From positions 3,274-67,273 of the IMG/VR virus record IMGVR_UViG_3300036832_000455: a stretch of DNA of 64,000 bases; one strand, written 5' to 3'. Both the position numbers and the translations under genes were made by a program. The DNA comes from a virus. Below the pieces are notes generated by a model. The model made no database searches, was not told the DNA's origin, and saw nothing but the letters and a program-made list of their open reading frames with translations. This document shows positions 54,876-64,000 of this stretch, piece by piece. Numbering within the stretch: position 1 is the stretch's first letter; each line of letters opens with the position of its first letter.

Positions 54876-57842
54876 CTAGTGCAACCCTTCAAGTGAGAAG
54901 TTGAAGCCCTGGAATGTAGCATCCACAGTAACACTAGCCTGAACTGCAAGCTCGTCGCCTGGATTGAATGTCACAACAGCACCGCCTGTCGTAGTAAACG
55001 TTGCAAGATTTCGTCCTACGGACCCAGAGGGGAACACAACTGTTCCTACAGAGGAGCCGTTCCGCAGCACTTGAAAAGTAACTGTTGCTGTAGGAGCAAC
55101 ACCGTCAATGTCGCCACGAGACCCTGCGAAGTTACCTTGGAACTGGACTGTGTAGTCTATAGGCAAGCTAAACAAAATCTCGGCTGAGTTAGGCTTCCTG
55201 ACCTGTAGGCTGTAGTAAGGTGCAAAGCGGTTTTGCATCGTGGGTGTCGGGACGGTAGCATTCACCCCAGCGGTATTGACGCTATTACCTGTAGCATTCG
55301 TCGCCACGAGGAAATACGTATACTGTCCGCCAGTGGGTAGACCAGTATCATTGTAGCCTAGAGTCCCTCCACTAACCGTTGCTATCAGAGCGGCAGAGGT
55401 AAACGCTTGGCTAAGTCCTGGTGCCCGATAGACCTTATAGGATGTTACTCCATCAGTACCAGCATTAGCACTCCAGGCTAAGGCGACTTGACTGTTACCC
55501 GCAGTGGCTGTCAGACCCGTTGGCCTTGCTGGTACAGTACCTCCTCCTGAACCTCCCGTCCCTGAGAACACCACTAAACTAGTATCCCAGGAGCTTTGAG
55601 CAAGTCCGTTAGCACTGATAGCTCTGACTCTCGACTGGTAGTTAGTGCTAGGAACAGCAGGCGCTAGAACGTAGCTCGTAGAGGCTGATCCTACAGATGC
55701 ATCGGCAGCAGTCCATGTCACACCACTGTCGTTGGAGTACTGCACTTCATAGTTGCCGAGACTTGGACCAGTAGATGCAGTCCAGCTAGTAGTCATATCT
55801 ATCAAGGACGACCCGTCGCCTTGTACGACAGTACTAGCTTCTAGTGCGATGCCAGTTGGGGGATTGATGGTGTATGCAGTGCCCTTAGGCGTATAGGTGT
55901 AAGCTGTAACATCTGCAATGTCTTGCTGGCGTTGACCGAACGTGTTGAAGCTAGTCAGCTTGACGTAGATGGTCTTGCCTATCCACTCTGTCGGAAGGCT
56001 GTACTTCACGACCACAGAAGGATCAACGCGGGAGAATACTGCACCTGCGAGATGTGCTTCATTGACAGACTGGTACTGAGGCCGCCGCAAATACGTTAGG
56101 TTGTACGTATTTGAACCTGTAGACGCAACAGTACCCCAGGATAGTACTTCATCGTCGATCGTGGATGCCGTCGTGCCAGCATCCGCGTCCCCATGAGTGA
56201 TGCCGGTAGGAAGAGCCATACCGCTTATCTGCATATCGACAGACAGCGTATTAGTATTATCAGGGTCCGTTGTAGCCATCGGCAGAGGGTTCTGCAGGAC
56301 GCCTTGTGCAGTCGGTTGAGATATGGTCCCTGAGTCTGCATAGTTCAAACCGTCTATGCTGAGCCAAACTTCTGCTCCGCCCCAGCTCGAGCCGCCACTG
56401 GCACCGATCCAGACTTCAGGCGGTCCCCCGGTAACGCTAGCAGGCGGCTCAATGATCATAGGCTGATTGACATCGCCGGGATCAGCATACTGATCAATGC
56501 CAGGATCAAAGATGCTAACCGGCTGATTAGGCATTGTCGTAGCAAAGTCAGGAGCAAACGCAGTAGCGCCAACAGGATACGGAAACTCTTCAGCCTTGAC
56601 GTCCAGATTGCCCTTATCGTCCTCTGCGACCTCAGTGATCCTAACGGGGAACCTAACCAGCCCAATGTTAGGCTCAGTAATGGTAACAAGGTCTCCTGGC
56701 TCTAACAAGATATAAGAATAGCCCAGCTTGAATGAGTACGTATTGCGGATCGACGTCATCCGCTGCCCAACCAAGCTGGCAATCACCTTGGCCACGTTGG
56801 GATCACAGATCTCTGAGGCCGAGACCGTTTGAGACTGCAACTGCCCGAACTCCTGAACTGAAGCTAGATCCTCCCAGTATTGTGGGTTCGAGTCGTAGTA
56901 GTTGTTACGGTCTATGCAATCCACCTCTACACGGTTGTAACCGTCACGAGGATCGAGACGCTCGAACGTGATAGGATCCTGATCTTTGCTGGCACTCTCA
57001 AAGACGAAGTCGTCGTATCCCAGGTCGTAGATGGGATTTATGTCGGGATTCCAGAAGACAAGCCCGTCCGAAACTGGGAACCACGATAAGGGCTTGAACT
57101 TGAGAGCCGTTCCTGACCAGAAGATCCAGGTGTTAGATAGAGTAGCCCAGCGCTGCAATATAGACAAGGCCTGATCCTGAGAGTCGATCATAGGAGATGC
57201 CATGAGGCATTGCCCTTGGCAATAGTTCTTGTAGTCATCATGCGTGGTCGAATCAACATAAGGCAGCATATCAGGATCTAGGCCGTAGCGGGGATTACCG
57301 ATGAAGTCCCAGATGATGTCTGCAAAATTAGCGTCGTGCGACACGTCATATCCATCCGGCCTAGGCGGTATGGACCCTGTCATTACACCCATGATCTCAA
57401 AGTTCATAGAGGGCAAGGTAGCGGATGTACCCAGATCAAAAATGGCTGCGTACAGATTGGCAGTATTGGCATAGGCCATATCATCTATGGTTGCTGGCTG
57501 ACTAGGAGTACCCGTCTGGTAGCTTAGCCACAGAGTAGCCAGAGTTGTGACACTGTTATTGGAGAACACCCTACCAACGGACTGTATCGGACCTTCACAC
57601 AAGCCCAACACGATCGAAGCGTAGTACTCTGTCGTCGAACTTCCTTTTCCTCCTCCCTTACCACCCTTACCGCTCTTCTTGTGCCAGGCTATAAAGTTCC
57701 TAGCGTCAATCAGGTTAGGAGCCAGCTTGTTAGTACCCCACAGCAAAGTAATAGGGAGACCAGCAGTGCTGGTTTGGATCTGCATAGTCGTGTAGTCAGG
57801 CTGCGACTGAGATTTCGAAGTCGAACCAAACAGACCGGCCAT
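54876..57842 (-). CDS. tail tip / central fibre protein (GTA gp15-like) with FN3 domains
   Basis: GLCEGPI, LLEPGDLVTI, C-terminal P.GLTATAG..VALAWS FN3; follows NlpC/P60. Confidence 0.8.
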   Translation of the reverse strand: MAGLFGSTSKSQSQPDYTTMQIQTSTAGLPITLLWGTNKLAPNLIDARNFIAWHKKSGKGGKGGGKGSSTTEYYASIVLGLCEGPIQSVGRVFSNNSVTTLATLWLSYQTGTPSQPATIDDMAYANTANLYAAIFDLGTSATLPSMNFEIMGVMTGSIPPRPDGYDVSHDANFADIIWDFIGNPRYGLDPDMLPYVDSTTHDDYKNYCQGQCLMASPMIDSQDQALSILQRWATLSNTWIFWSGTALKFKPLSWFPVSDGLVFWNPDINPIYDLGYDDFVFESASKDQDPITFERLDPRDGYNRVEVDCIDRNNYYDSNPQYWEDLASVQEFGQLQSQTVSASEICDPNVAKVIASLVGQRMTSIRNTYSFKLGYSYILLEPGDLVTITEPNIGLVRFPVRITEVAEDDKGNLDVKAEEFPYPVGATAFAPDFATTMPNQPVSIFDPGIDQYADPGDVNQPMIIEPPASVTGGPPEVWIGASGGSSWGGAEVWLSIDGLNYADSGTISQPTAQGVLQNPLPMATTDPDNTNTLSVDMQISGMALPTGITHGDADAGTTASTIDDEVLSWGTVASTGSNTYNLTYLRRPQYQSVNEAHLAGAVFSRVDPSVVVKYSLPTEWIGKTIYVKLTSFNTFGQRQQDIADVTAYTYTPKGTAYTINPPTGIALEASTVVQGDGSSLIDMTTSWTASTGPSLGNYEVQYSNDSGVTWTAADASVGSASTSYVLAPAVPSTNYQSRVRAISANGLAQSSWDTSLVVFSGTGGSGGGTVPARPTGLTATAGNSQVALAWSANAGTDGVTSYKVYRAPGLSQAFTSAALIATVSGGTLGYNDTGLPTGGQYTYFLVATNATGNSVNTAGVNATVPTPTMQNRFAPYYSLQVRKPNSAEILFSLPIDYTVQFQGNFAGSRGDIDGVAPTATVTFQVLRNGSSVGTVVFPSGSVGRNLATFTTTGGAVVTFNPGDELAVQASVTVDATFQGFNFSLEGLH

Positions 57843-57844
57843 TG

Positions 57845-58429
57845 TTAGTTCGCTCCGTACTTCTCGCGCAGACGAGCCCAGATGTCGAAGAACTTAGTAG
57901 GCCGAGGAGACTTACCATCCCTCAGATAGCATAGCCACGAAGCACTCAACATCTCAGGGAACGTAACCCTGTGCAGAGATGACGCCTGCATGACCTTATG
58001 CTCGTCTAACACAATGCCGCCGTGTGAAAAGCATCTACCGAACCTCCACAGCACAATGTCTCCTGGCTTGGGCCTCTCTACTTCCACGGCCATTTCGTTC
58101 AGCCAGCCGAGGTACCGTTCTGTTCCTACATGTAGGTGCCAATCAGGAGAGTACGGTCTAGGATCGAAAGGCTTGAAGATCCCTGCGTCTACCCAGCACC
58201 TTACTAGGAGCATTGAGCAGTCGACACAACCTTTCGGTCCCTTGATGTCGCCTTGCTGCCTGTAGGGGGTCTTATCCCACGACCAGGCTTCCTTCAAGAT
58301 CGCCAAGCGTTGGACCCGTTCGACTTCTGCAGTCACAGGTATAGTAGCCGGTTCTACATCAGGCATGAAGGGGTCGGTAACATGAGGGTCAAATACCGCA
58401 TCAGGCGGTGCTATTCCGATTCGTGCCAT
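57845..58429 (-). CDS. NlpC/P60 tail-associated peptidase (GTA gp14-like)
   Basis: TPYRQQG..VDCSMLL, PGDIVLW..HGGI. Confidence 0.85.
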   Translation of the reverse strand: MARIGIAPPDAVFDPHVTDPFMPDVEPATIPVTAEVERVQRLAILKEAWSWDKTPYRQQGDIKGPKGCVDCSMLLVRCWVDAGIFKPFDPRPYSPDWHLHVGTERYLGWLNEMAVEVERPKPGDIVLWRFGRCFSHGGIVLDEHKVMQASSLHRVTFPEMLSASWLCYLRDGKSPRPTKFFDIWARLREKYGAN

Positions 58430-58442
58430 CAGTTTGTCTCCG

Positions 58443-59306
58443 TTAGATCGAGAACGTTGCAGGTGGGATGTACGGGAAGCCTCTGAAGTTCTGCAGATTG
58501 TTAAAGAACGCGCAGCCATGAGACCCTCTGGTTTTATCACACCCAAACGTTGCACTGAACGTATCTCCTGGGTTCGGCTGAGTATACAGCATTGACGCTA
58601 ATACCACTCCATCAAAGCCGCAATTCGTTATAGACCTCCTCTGCCCTACAGCTGCACCCGAATTGAACGTGGCAAACCCATCCTTAAACTGCAAAGCCAA
58701 ACCGCCGGTAGGATCGCTCGTCCAAAAGATCTTGAGACGATCTGCGTGGTCGACTGTAGCAGTCCAAGTAAAGGCGCTTGCCAATCTGGTACACCCTACC
58801 GAATACAAGGGCCAGATGCAGTTAAGTTCGTATCTGTTCTTCGGCATCTGTTGGAGCATCTTGGCGTTGCGGCTATTCCATGTTACTTGAACACCTCTAG
58901 CCCCTCCAGATACTTTCCCTCCTACTCCGAACCACAGGTCCACAAGGCCTAACGATGTGTCACCAGGAGTAGGCATAACGGCTCGTTGCAGCCAGATCTC
59001 GCTATTGTCAAAGAAGCCATTGTGGATCATCTGCTTGATATTGCCTGGACCGTAATCTTGGCCGCTAGAGGCAATGCTCATATCCATCGTGCTAACTTCC
59101 AGGTCGTTCTTGATCGACCAAGAAGTCCTGGTTAGCAAAGGTCCTTGAGCATACCAGGTGTCGGATCCGAACGAGATGTTCTGGTCGAAGCTGGTGATGA
59201 ATATCCACTGGTTGTACAGTGGGGAATAGATCTTGAAAAGATCAGCCATGTAGTATGGCTCTTTGCTGAGCAGGAATGCTACCATAGTGTTAGCTGCTGA
59301 GCGCAT
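58443..59306 (-). CDS. DUF2163/BR0599 baseplate hub protein (GTA gp13-like)
   Basis: CIWPLYSVGC, GCDKT...C..FNNLQNFRGFPYIP. Confidence 0.85.
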   Translation of the reverse strand: MRSAANTMVAFLLSKEPYYMADLFKIYSPLYNQWIFITSFDQNISFGSDTWYAQGPLLTRTSWSIKNDLEVSTMDMSIASSGQDYGPGNIKQMIHNGFFDNSEIWLQRAVMPTPGDTSLGLVDLWFGVGGKVSGGARGVQVTWNSRNAKMLQQMPKNRYELNCIWPLYSVGCTRLASAFTWTATVDHADRLKIFWTSDPTGGLALQFKDGFATFNSGAAVGQRRSITNCGFDGVVLASMLYTQPNPGDTFSATFGCDKTRGSHGCAFFNNLQNFRGFPYIPPATFSI

Positions 59307-59320
59307 AACCTACCTGCCCC

Positions 59321-60016
59321 CTACCCCTTTAGGCTCATCAAAGTGCAGCGCTTGATAGTCCACAGTCGATTAAATACCTTCTCGAATTCCAGACTGTTAT
59401 CCTTGAACCTTGTGAGGTAGTAAAAGTGGAAATCCATCTGGATCAGTACTCCGCTGCCTGGAGCACTAGCGAAATTCAGTACCTGACTGTACGGCGCAGT
59501 GGGATCAATTGCCCAAGTAGCGGGATCCTGAAGTGCTCCACCAAGGTACACATTGATAGGCTGCGAAGTGTTGACATAACCTACAGGCTCGACAGTAAAG
59601 AAGCCTCCTGCTCCGTACGCCCGAGTGATAGCAAACGACTGAGTGGTTCCATCTCCGTAGGCTATGCCAGTACCCACGATGGAGTTGTCGTCATCATCCT
59701 CGAATAGGAAGGGCTGAAGCATTCCTACTTGTCCATACAAGCCCATCAAGGTTTTGATGTCACTACTCGTCTTGCCAGCTTGCCACGGTCCCGAATCATC
59801 GGGCAAGTACTCGTAGGTAAGATCCCACTCCCACATCGGGAACGTCCAATATGTCACACGCGACTCGCGACCGCTTGCTGCCTGTGATACGCCTGCTGCA
59901 GTAACAGGACGTTTGATCACACTGAACGCTAGGTTCAACTTAGGGTAGATGATAGGCGAGAATGGTACCCTAGGAGCGGGAGATCCCGACGTCGGCCTTG
60001 CAATTACGCCACTCAT
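59321..60016 (-). CDS. DUF2460 distal tail protein paralog 1
   Basis: ASGRESRV..W..WEWDLTY, FLFEDDDD, GDGTTQSF. Confidence 0.75.
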   Translation of the reverse strand: MSGVIARPTSGSPAPRVPFSPIIYPKLNLAFSVIKRPVTAAGVSQAASGRESRVTYWTFPMWEWDLTYEYLPDDSGPWQAGKTSSDIKTLMGLYGQVGMLQPFLFEDDDDNSIVGTGIAYGDGTTQSFAITRAYGAGGFFTVEPVGYVNTSQPINVYLGGALQDPATWAIDPTAPYSQVLNFASAPGSGVLIQMDFHFYYLTRFKDNSLEFEKVFNRLWTIKRCTLMSLKG

Positions 60017-60020
60017 GGTA

Positions 60021-60054
60021 CCATCACCATCACCATCACCATCACCATCACCAT
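60021..60054. repeat. (CCATCA)5+ hexamer microsatellite between the Dit paralogs
   Basis: direct reading. Confidence 0.9.
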
Positions 60055-61028
60055 TTGGTATATGACTTCATTGACTGCAGAGTAATCTTCTGGGCCGACC
60101 AGATCTTGCTTACGAACTCCTCGAACTCGTACATCAGGTCGGCGAATCGCGCAAAGAACATGTAGTGGAAGTCCATCGTGATAGTCTGACCTGCAGCTGG
60201 GACTTGCTTAAAACGTACTAGCTGCTTGCCCAGCTCGTTCGTGATGTAATCGATCGTAGTGATGTTCTGTGGCACTCCGTCAAGGTACAGTACCGGATAG
60301 CCCGGAGGTGGAGGCAGAGGAGGAGTGTATCCCCCTTTGATAGAGAAGTTCAGGTAGCCGATAGGCTCGATCTCATTCAACGTCGTGCCTAGACTTCTCA
60401 GTATCATCCAGACGTTGTTTATACCATCTGTCGTTCCAATGAACTGTCCCTTGATGTAGTTGTCGTCAGGGTCGTAGAACGTGAAGGGCATCTGACCACC
60501 ACGAGTCTCGAGGAAGAATGCAACCATTGCGTGGAAGTCGCTCTCCGTCGCTCCAGGATGTCTACCTGTCCGGTCATTAGGCAAGTAACTATACGTCAGA
60601 TCCCACTCCCATATCACGCCGTCCCAGAACTTTACTCGGACCTCTCGTCCACTAGCTGCCTGATACACACCAGCGTTGAAGACCTCACGCTTGAAGACGT
60701 TATAGGTCAACCCAGTTACTTGCGGGCCACTAGATAGATCAGGACCCACGTCAGTACCTGGCGGTGGTGGATATACCGGCTTCAGTACTCTCGGGGCTGA
60801 GGGGATTAGAGCTTCCACCACTATTCCCGAACACGACCTTCTGACGATCGGGATATTCTGAGTGGCAAGTACCTCAATGACCATGTAGCCCGTTCGAGCT
60901 TGAGGCGTCTGATTGATTGAAACCAAAACCGAAGCATCGATCCTACCGGCATGAACAAAAGACGTGCCAATGGATAGAACCGTATTGACGGTCTGGCCAG
61001 ATATTCCATATGCGCCTGCTCCACTCAT
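60048..61028 (-). CDS. DUF2460 distal tail protein paralog 2 with N-terminal extension
   Basis: ASGREVRV..W..WEWDLTY, FTFYDPDD. Confidence 0.75.
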   Translation of the reverse strand: MSGAGAYGISGQTVNTVLSIGTSFVHAGRIDASVLVSINQTPQARTGYMVIEVLATQNIPIVRRSCSGIVVEALIPSAPRVLKPVYPPPPGTDVGPDLSSGPQVTGLTYNVFKREVFNAGVYQAASGREVRVKFWDGVIWEWDLTYSYLPNDRTGRHPGATESDFHAMVAFFLETRGGQMPFTFYDPDDNYIKGQFIGTTDGINNVWMILRSLGTTLNEIEPIGYLNFSIKGGYTPPLPPPPGYPVLYLDGVPQNITTIDYITNELGKQLVRFKQVPAAGQTITMDFHYMFFARFADLMYEFEEFVSKIWSAQKITLQSMKSYTKW

Positions 61029-61035
61029 GTCACCG

Positions 61036-62565
61036 CTACGACTCTAACCTGTAACCGACTTGCATTGTGTTCACACCCGATACACTCCACGACGCTCCTG
61101 TAGCAGGATCTGTTGGGTAGATGTCGGACGAGTAGAACCAACTCGACGACAGTGCTATAACGTGACCTCCTACATCCGTTGTGCCACTTCTAACCCTCTG
61201 GGTTAGTGTATGCTGCTGAGCGTCGTCTTTTCGGTATGCTCCAATCACTTGCACCGCTAGGATATTCAGGGTAGTACTGACAAGAGAATCGCAGTTGAAT
61301 AGGTCTTCTGCTCCAATGGTCGTAGTGTAGTTGTAGGATTCGTCCCCGTCAAATATGTTCTCGCCTACATTCTGGTAGTTCGCAACCGCAATCATCCCTA
61401 TTGCCGCTGCTGCTCCAATGCCACTACCAGGGCCCGTAGTATTCGCACTAGCAGGCAAGGTGCCAGTATAGGTAAGTGGTTGAGAAGCCTGAATCTGCGA
61501 TAAGTACACCGTACAGAAGAAGTTCTGATCAGTATTAAGTGCTACCCAGTACGGTACGTTCTTGTGTATGGTCAGAGCTGCAGCTGACAGATCGAACCCG
61601 TACCAAAAACCTCCTACAACGGCGTTAGTGATAGGAGCGCTCTGTGCTAACAGAACCCCTGGAGCACCGTTGACATCAGTGTATATGCCTGCAACTGCAT
61701 GGCCTGTATAGGTCGCATTCAGATCAAACAGGATCTGGTTCAATCGGGCAGTATGAGTAGGAACGATCTTGTAATACTGTACAACGTTATGACCTATAGT
61801 AGTCGTAGACGAAGACCCTCCTACGGTGTTAGTATCTAGGAACTGAGGGGTCGATTTCGTCCAGCTCACACTAAAGTCTGACGTAGGATACAGAGCCAGT
61901 GCTCTTGTATCGCCCATGAAGTCGTTGTTGGGATACGTTCCCGGATCGGTTGAAGTACAGTCGTTGTAGTGGAAGTCATCAACGTCAACCCCGAACACTC
62001 CAACAGGTGTGCTGAACGCGAACTCATTAAACGTGTTAGACGATCCACTAGCGAAGTTGCCAGACACGCCAGTCAGACCTGCAACAGGCTGATTCTCTAA
62101 CCTTACAGACATAGATCCTGGATTGCCAGGAGTGAACTTAATGTCCAGGAAGAACCAGGTGCCGCTAGGGAACACACCGTTAGGCGAGGACGCTATCGTT
62201 GCACCTGTGTGATCCGCAATCCACATTTGACCGCTTAGAGAAGCGAACCCAACACTTCCTAGAGTAACAGCTCCTGGAGGGTGAGAGGTGTCGAGGAAAA
62301 GAAAGGCACCGTTAGAGTTACCAGAGGTACCCATCCTCATGGCAAATCCAACACAGCCGACAGACATGCTGATGTTGAAGTTGCCGTACATCCTGGTATT
62401 CTGGCCGACAGTATAGTACTGTCCGTAATTGAATCGGGAATCTGTAGCCTGCCCGCTAAGGACACCCATGGTCTGTTGGAACGTCCAGGTCAGAGCCCCT
62501 TCACGTGACAGCAAGTCACTGTTGGTGCCGTAATGGTCGAACCCTTCAAACGCTCTCAGGCTCAT
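61036..62565 (-). CDS. virion adsorption protein, GFD-family paralog C
   Basis: FEGFDHYG...VDDFHY...DPATGASW..VNTMQVG. Confidence 0.65.
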   Translation of the reverse strand: MSLRAFEGFDHYGTNSDLLSREGALTWTFQQTMGVLSGQATDSRFNYGQYYTVGQNTRMYGNFNISMSVGCVGFAMRMGTSGNSNGAFLFLDTSHPPGAVTLGSVGFASLSGQMWIADHTGATIASSPNGVFPSGTWFFLDIKFTPGNPGSMSVRLENQPVAGLTGVSGNFASGSSNTFNEFAFSTPVGVFGVDVDDFHYNDCTSTDPGTYPNNDFMGDTRALALYPTSDFSVSWTKSTPQFLDTNTVGGSSSTTTIGHNVVQYYKIVPTHTARLNQILFDLNATYTGHAVAGIYTDVNGAPGVLLAQSAPITNAVVGGFWYGFDLSAAALTIHKNVPYWVALNTDQNFFCTVYLSQIQASQPLTYTGTLPASANTTGPGSGIGAAAAIGMIAVANYQNVGENIFDGDESYNYTTTIGAEDLFNCDSLVSTTLNILAVQVIGAYRKDDAQQHTLTQRVRSGTTDVGGHVIALSSSWFYSSDIYPTDPATGASWSVSGVNTMQVGYRLES

Positions 62566-64000
62566 GCCAAGCGACTCCCCGGCAAGACTACTGTACCGTT
62601 CCTAAATACATTCCTCACGTAGCCGTACATTTGAGCAGATGCCATTGACATGATAGTCTGAACCGAATTTCGACTAATCCCGTCTCCTCCCGCCATCGAA
62701 ATGTTAGGTGAGAAGTTCAGTGCAATTGGATTTGCTGGCCCTGTACCACTGAGCTGACCTCTAAGGCCCGAAGCAAAATCTGCCGGGACGACCATTTCGT
62801 TCCTGTGAATCTGAGCGATCATATCACGAGGAATGTCCCATGCACCTACGTCAAGAGCTGCCATCGTTACGAAGGGCTGGAGTGCTGCAGCTGTCGAAGC
62901 AGCTACTTCAGGGGCCATCGTCCACCCGACGATCGGGATCGCGGCAACGCTCGCCGCCGCTCCAGTAGCTGCTACGCCTACGTTAGACTCGGCTTGACTC
63001 ACGGCCGTAGTAGCTGCCTCGGCCTTTGTTGTGGCATCTGCTGTTGCTTGCTCCCCTGTTCTGGCTGTAGCTCCCGTAGTTGTAGCATCGGTCATACCGA
63101 GCTCTGTTAGGATCCACTTGATCAGACGTCCGAAGAACCCCAAGTTGTCCTTAGCATTGGCAGCTGCCTGAATTCCCGATCGTGCTGCCGTTCCTCCAGC
63201 TGTAGCTGCTGTCTTGCCTGCCTCCACCGCCTGAGAAGTGTGCAATTCGACCATGCGGTCAATAATCCAGCGACCGACCATCTTGAGAGACCAGGTCGCT
63301 ACCTTATTGATCATCTGTTCTATGATGGACCCGAGCGACCGTAGGGCTGTCTGTTGGCCGGTAACCATCTTGGTAAAGCTGGTACCGATCTCAGATGCTA
63401 GCGAGTCCGTAACACTTTCCCAGGCTTTTTTAGTGGCGCTAGCCATCTGTAGCTGGACTTTCTGCTCCTCTTCGGCGAAGCTCTGAAGCTCCTTCTTCTC
63501 GGCATCTAGAGCAGTCTTCATCTCACGGTCATTGACTGCCGCTTCCTGCTGCTTCTTGATAGCAGCCATCGCCTCAGCATGAGCTTCTGTGATCTGGTTA
63601 AGCTGCTCCTCGAAGGCCTTAGTGTCTGCCTGACTGAAACCTAACAGATCCAACAGGCTCATCTTAGTGCCGCCGGTCTGAAATTCTCGCAGACGCTGGG
63701 CCATACGCTCCTGAGAGCGTTCAATAGACTGCTGAGTCCTTGCTGCATCGGCAGCGATTGCTGCCTCTTCCTTTTGCTCCTGCCTGGCAATCTCTACACG
63801 GTGTAGAGCTTCACGCTGGTACTCTCTAGACCGCTCACCGTACTTCGTCTTCAAGTACTCGAGTAACTGATCCTCAAGCCTGAGCATCTCAGTGAAGTTG
63901 CCCTGAGCAGCTGCAATCTCTTGCCGAAGTTCCTCCTTCTTCATATCCACACCGGCAGCAGTATGCCGGTGCATAGCCTCGGTCTCTTTCAGCAGTATCT
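62562..64000 (-). CDS. tape measure protein (C-terminal part; runs off the window)
   Basis: helical Ala/Gln-rich; C-terminal LDVGAWDIPRDMIAQIHRNEMVVP motif typical of tape measures. Confidence 0.8.
   Translation of the reverse strand, partial: ILLKETEAMHRHTAAGVDMKKEELRQEIAAAQGNFTEMLRLEDQLLEYLKTKYGERSREYQREALHRVEIARQEQKEEAAIAADAARTQQSIERSQERMAQRLREFQTGGTKMSLLDLLGFSQADTKAFEEQLNQITEAHAEAMAAIKKQQEAAVNDREMKTALDAEKKELQSFAEEEQKVQLQMASATKKAWESVTDSLASEIGTSFTKMVTGQQTALRSLGSIIEQMINKVATWSLKMVGRWIIDRMVELHTSQAVEAGKTAATAGGTAARSGIQAAANAKDNLGFFGRLIKWILTELGMTDATTTGATARTGEQATADATTKAEAATTAVSQAESNVGVAATGAAASVAAIPIVGWTMAPEVAASTAAALQPFVTMAALDVGAWDIPRDMIAQIHRNEMVVPADFASGLRGQLSGTGPANPIALNFSPNISMAGGDGISRNSVQTIMSMASAQMYGYVRNVFRNGTVVLPGSRLA

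Noticed and set aside
60021-60054. Plus-strand CATCAC repeat as an engineered His-tag or vector contamination
   Set aside because: Not within any plus-strand ORF and flanked seamlessly by phage tail genes.
1-64000. Prophage/lysogeny module or diversity-generating retroelement
   Set aside because: No integrase, CI-like repressor, reverse transcriptase or TR/VR pair recognised; a few kb of the genome lie outside the window, so absence is not proven.

Overview
This window holds most of a circularly permuted tailed dsDNA phage genome, probably a virulent siphovirus of an alphaproteobacterium. The host call is inferred from the GTA-like tail-tip genes, a DUF3309-like peptide and two PEP-CTERM proteins. 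No integrase or CI-type repressor was seen. The minus strand carries the morphogenesis genes in two blocks. Block 1-15431 has TerS-like, TerL, a Pro/His-repeat protein, holin-like genes with a Tae2/BPSL0067-type amidase, portal, a collagen fibre, protease/scaffold, major capsid and neck genes. Block 50804-64000 has the tape-measure C-terminus, two DUF2460 Dit paralogs, DUF2163 hub, NlpC/P60, tail tip, three paralogous adsorption proteins and a SPRY fibre. The plus strand (15742-50686) carries early and replication genes, including primase-helicase, RuvC-like resolvase, NMP-kinase-like ATPase, HNH, ligase, SNF2 helicase, Cas4-like nuclease, Sak4, SSB and a UDG-PolA fusion. It also has a 7-deazaguanine DNA-modification cluster (queC, queD, queE, folE, TGT-fold DpdA-like) with an embedded Acb2/Tad1-like gene and a remote Lar-Zn-finger/DpdC(YaaA)-like fusion. 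The most striking unexplained features are: (i) a control region at 15.4-18.5 kb with three monocistronic paralogous HTH cassettes, each behind a 16-bp palindrome, three exactly spaced 76-bp tripartite repeats and a dense GGNCC array; (ii) eleven promoters sharing an invariant 18-bp spacer and a conserved upstream element; (iii) two tandem phage-encoded PEP-CTERM surface proteins behind a pseudoknotted RNA leader. All protein calls come from motif recognition by eye, not from database searches.
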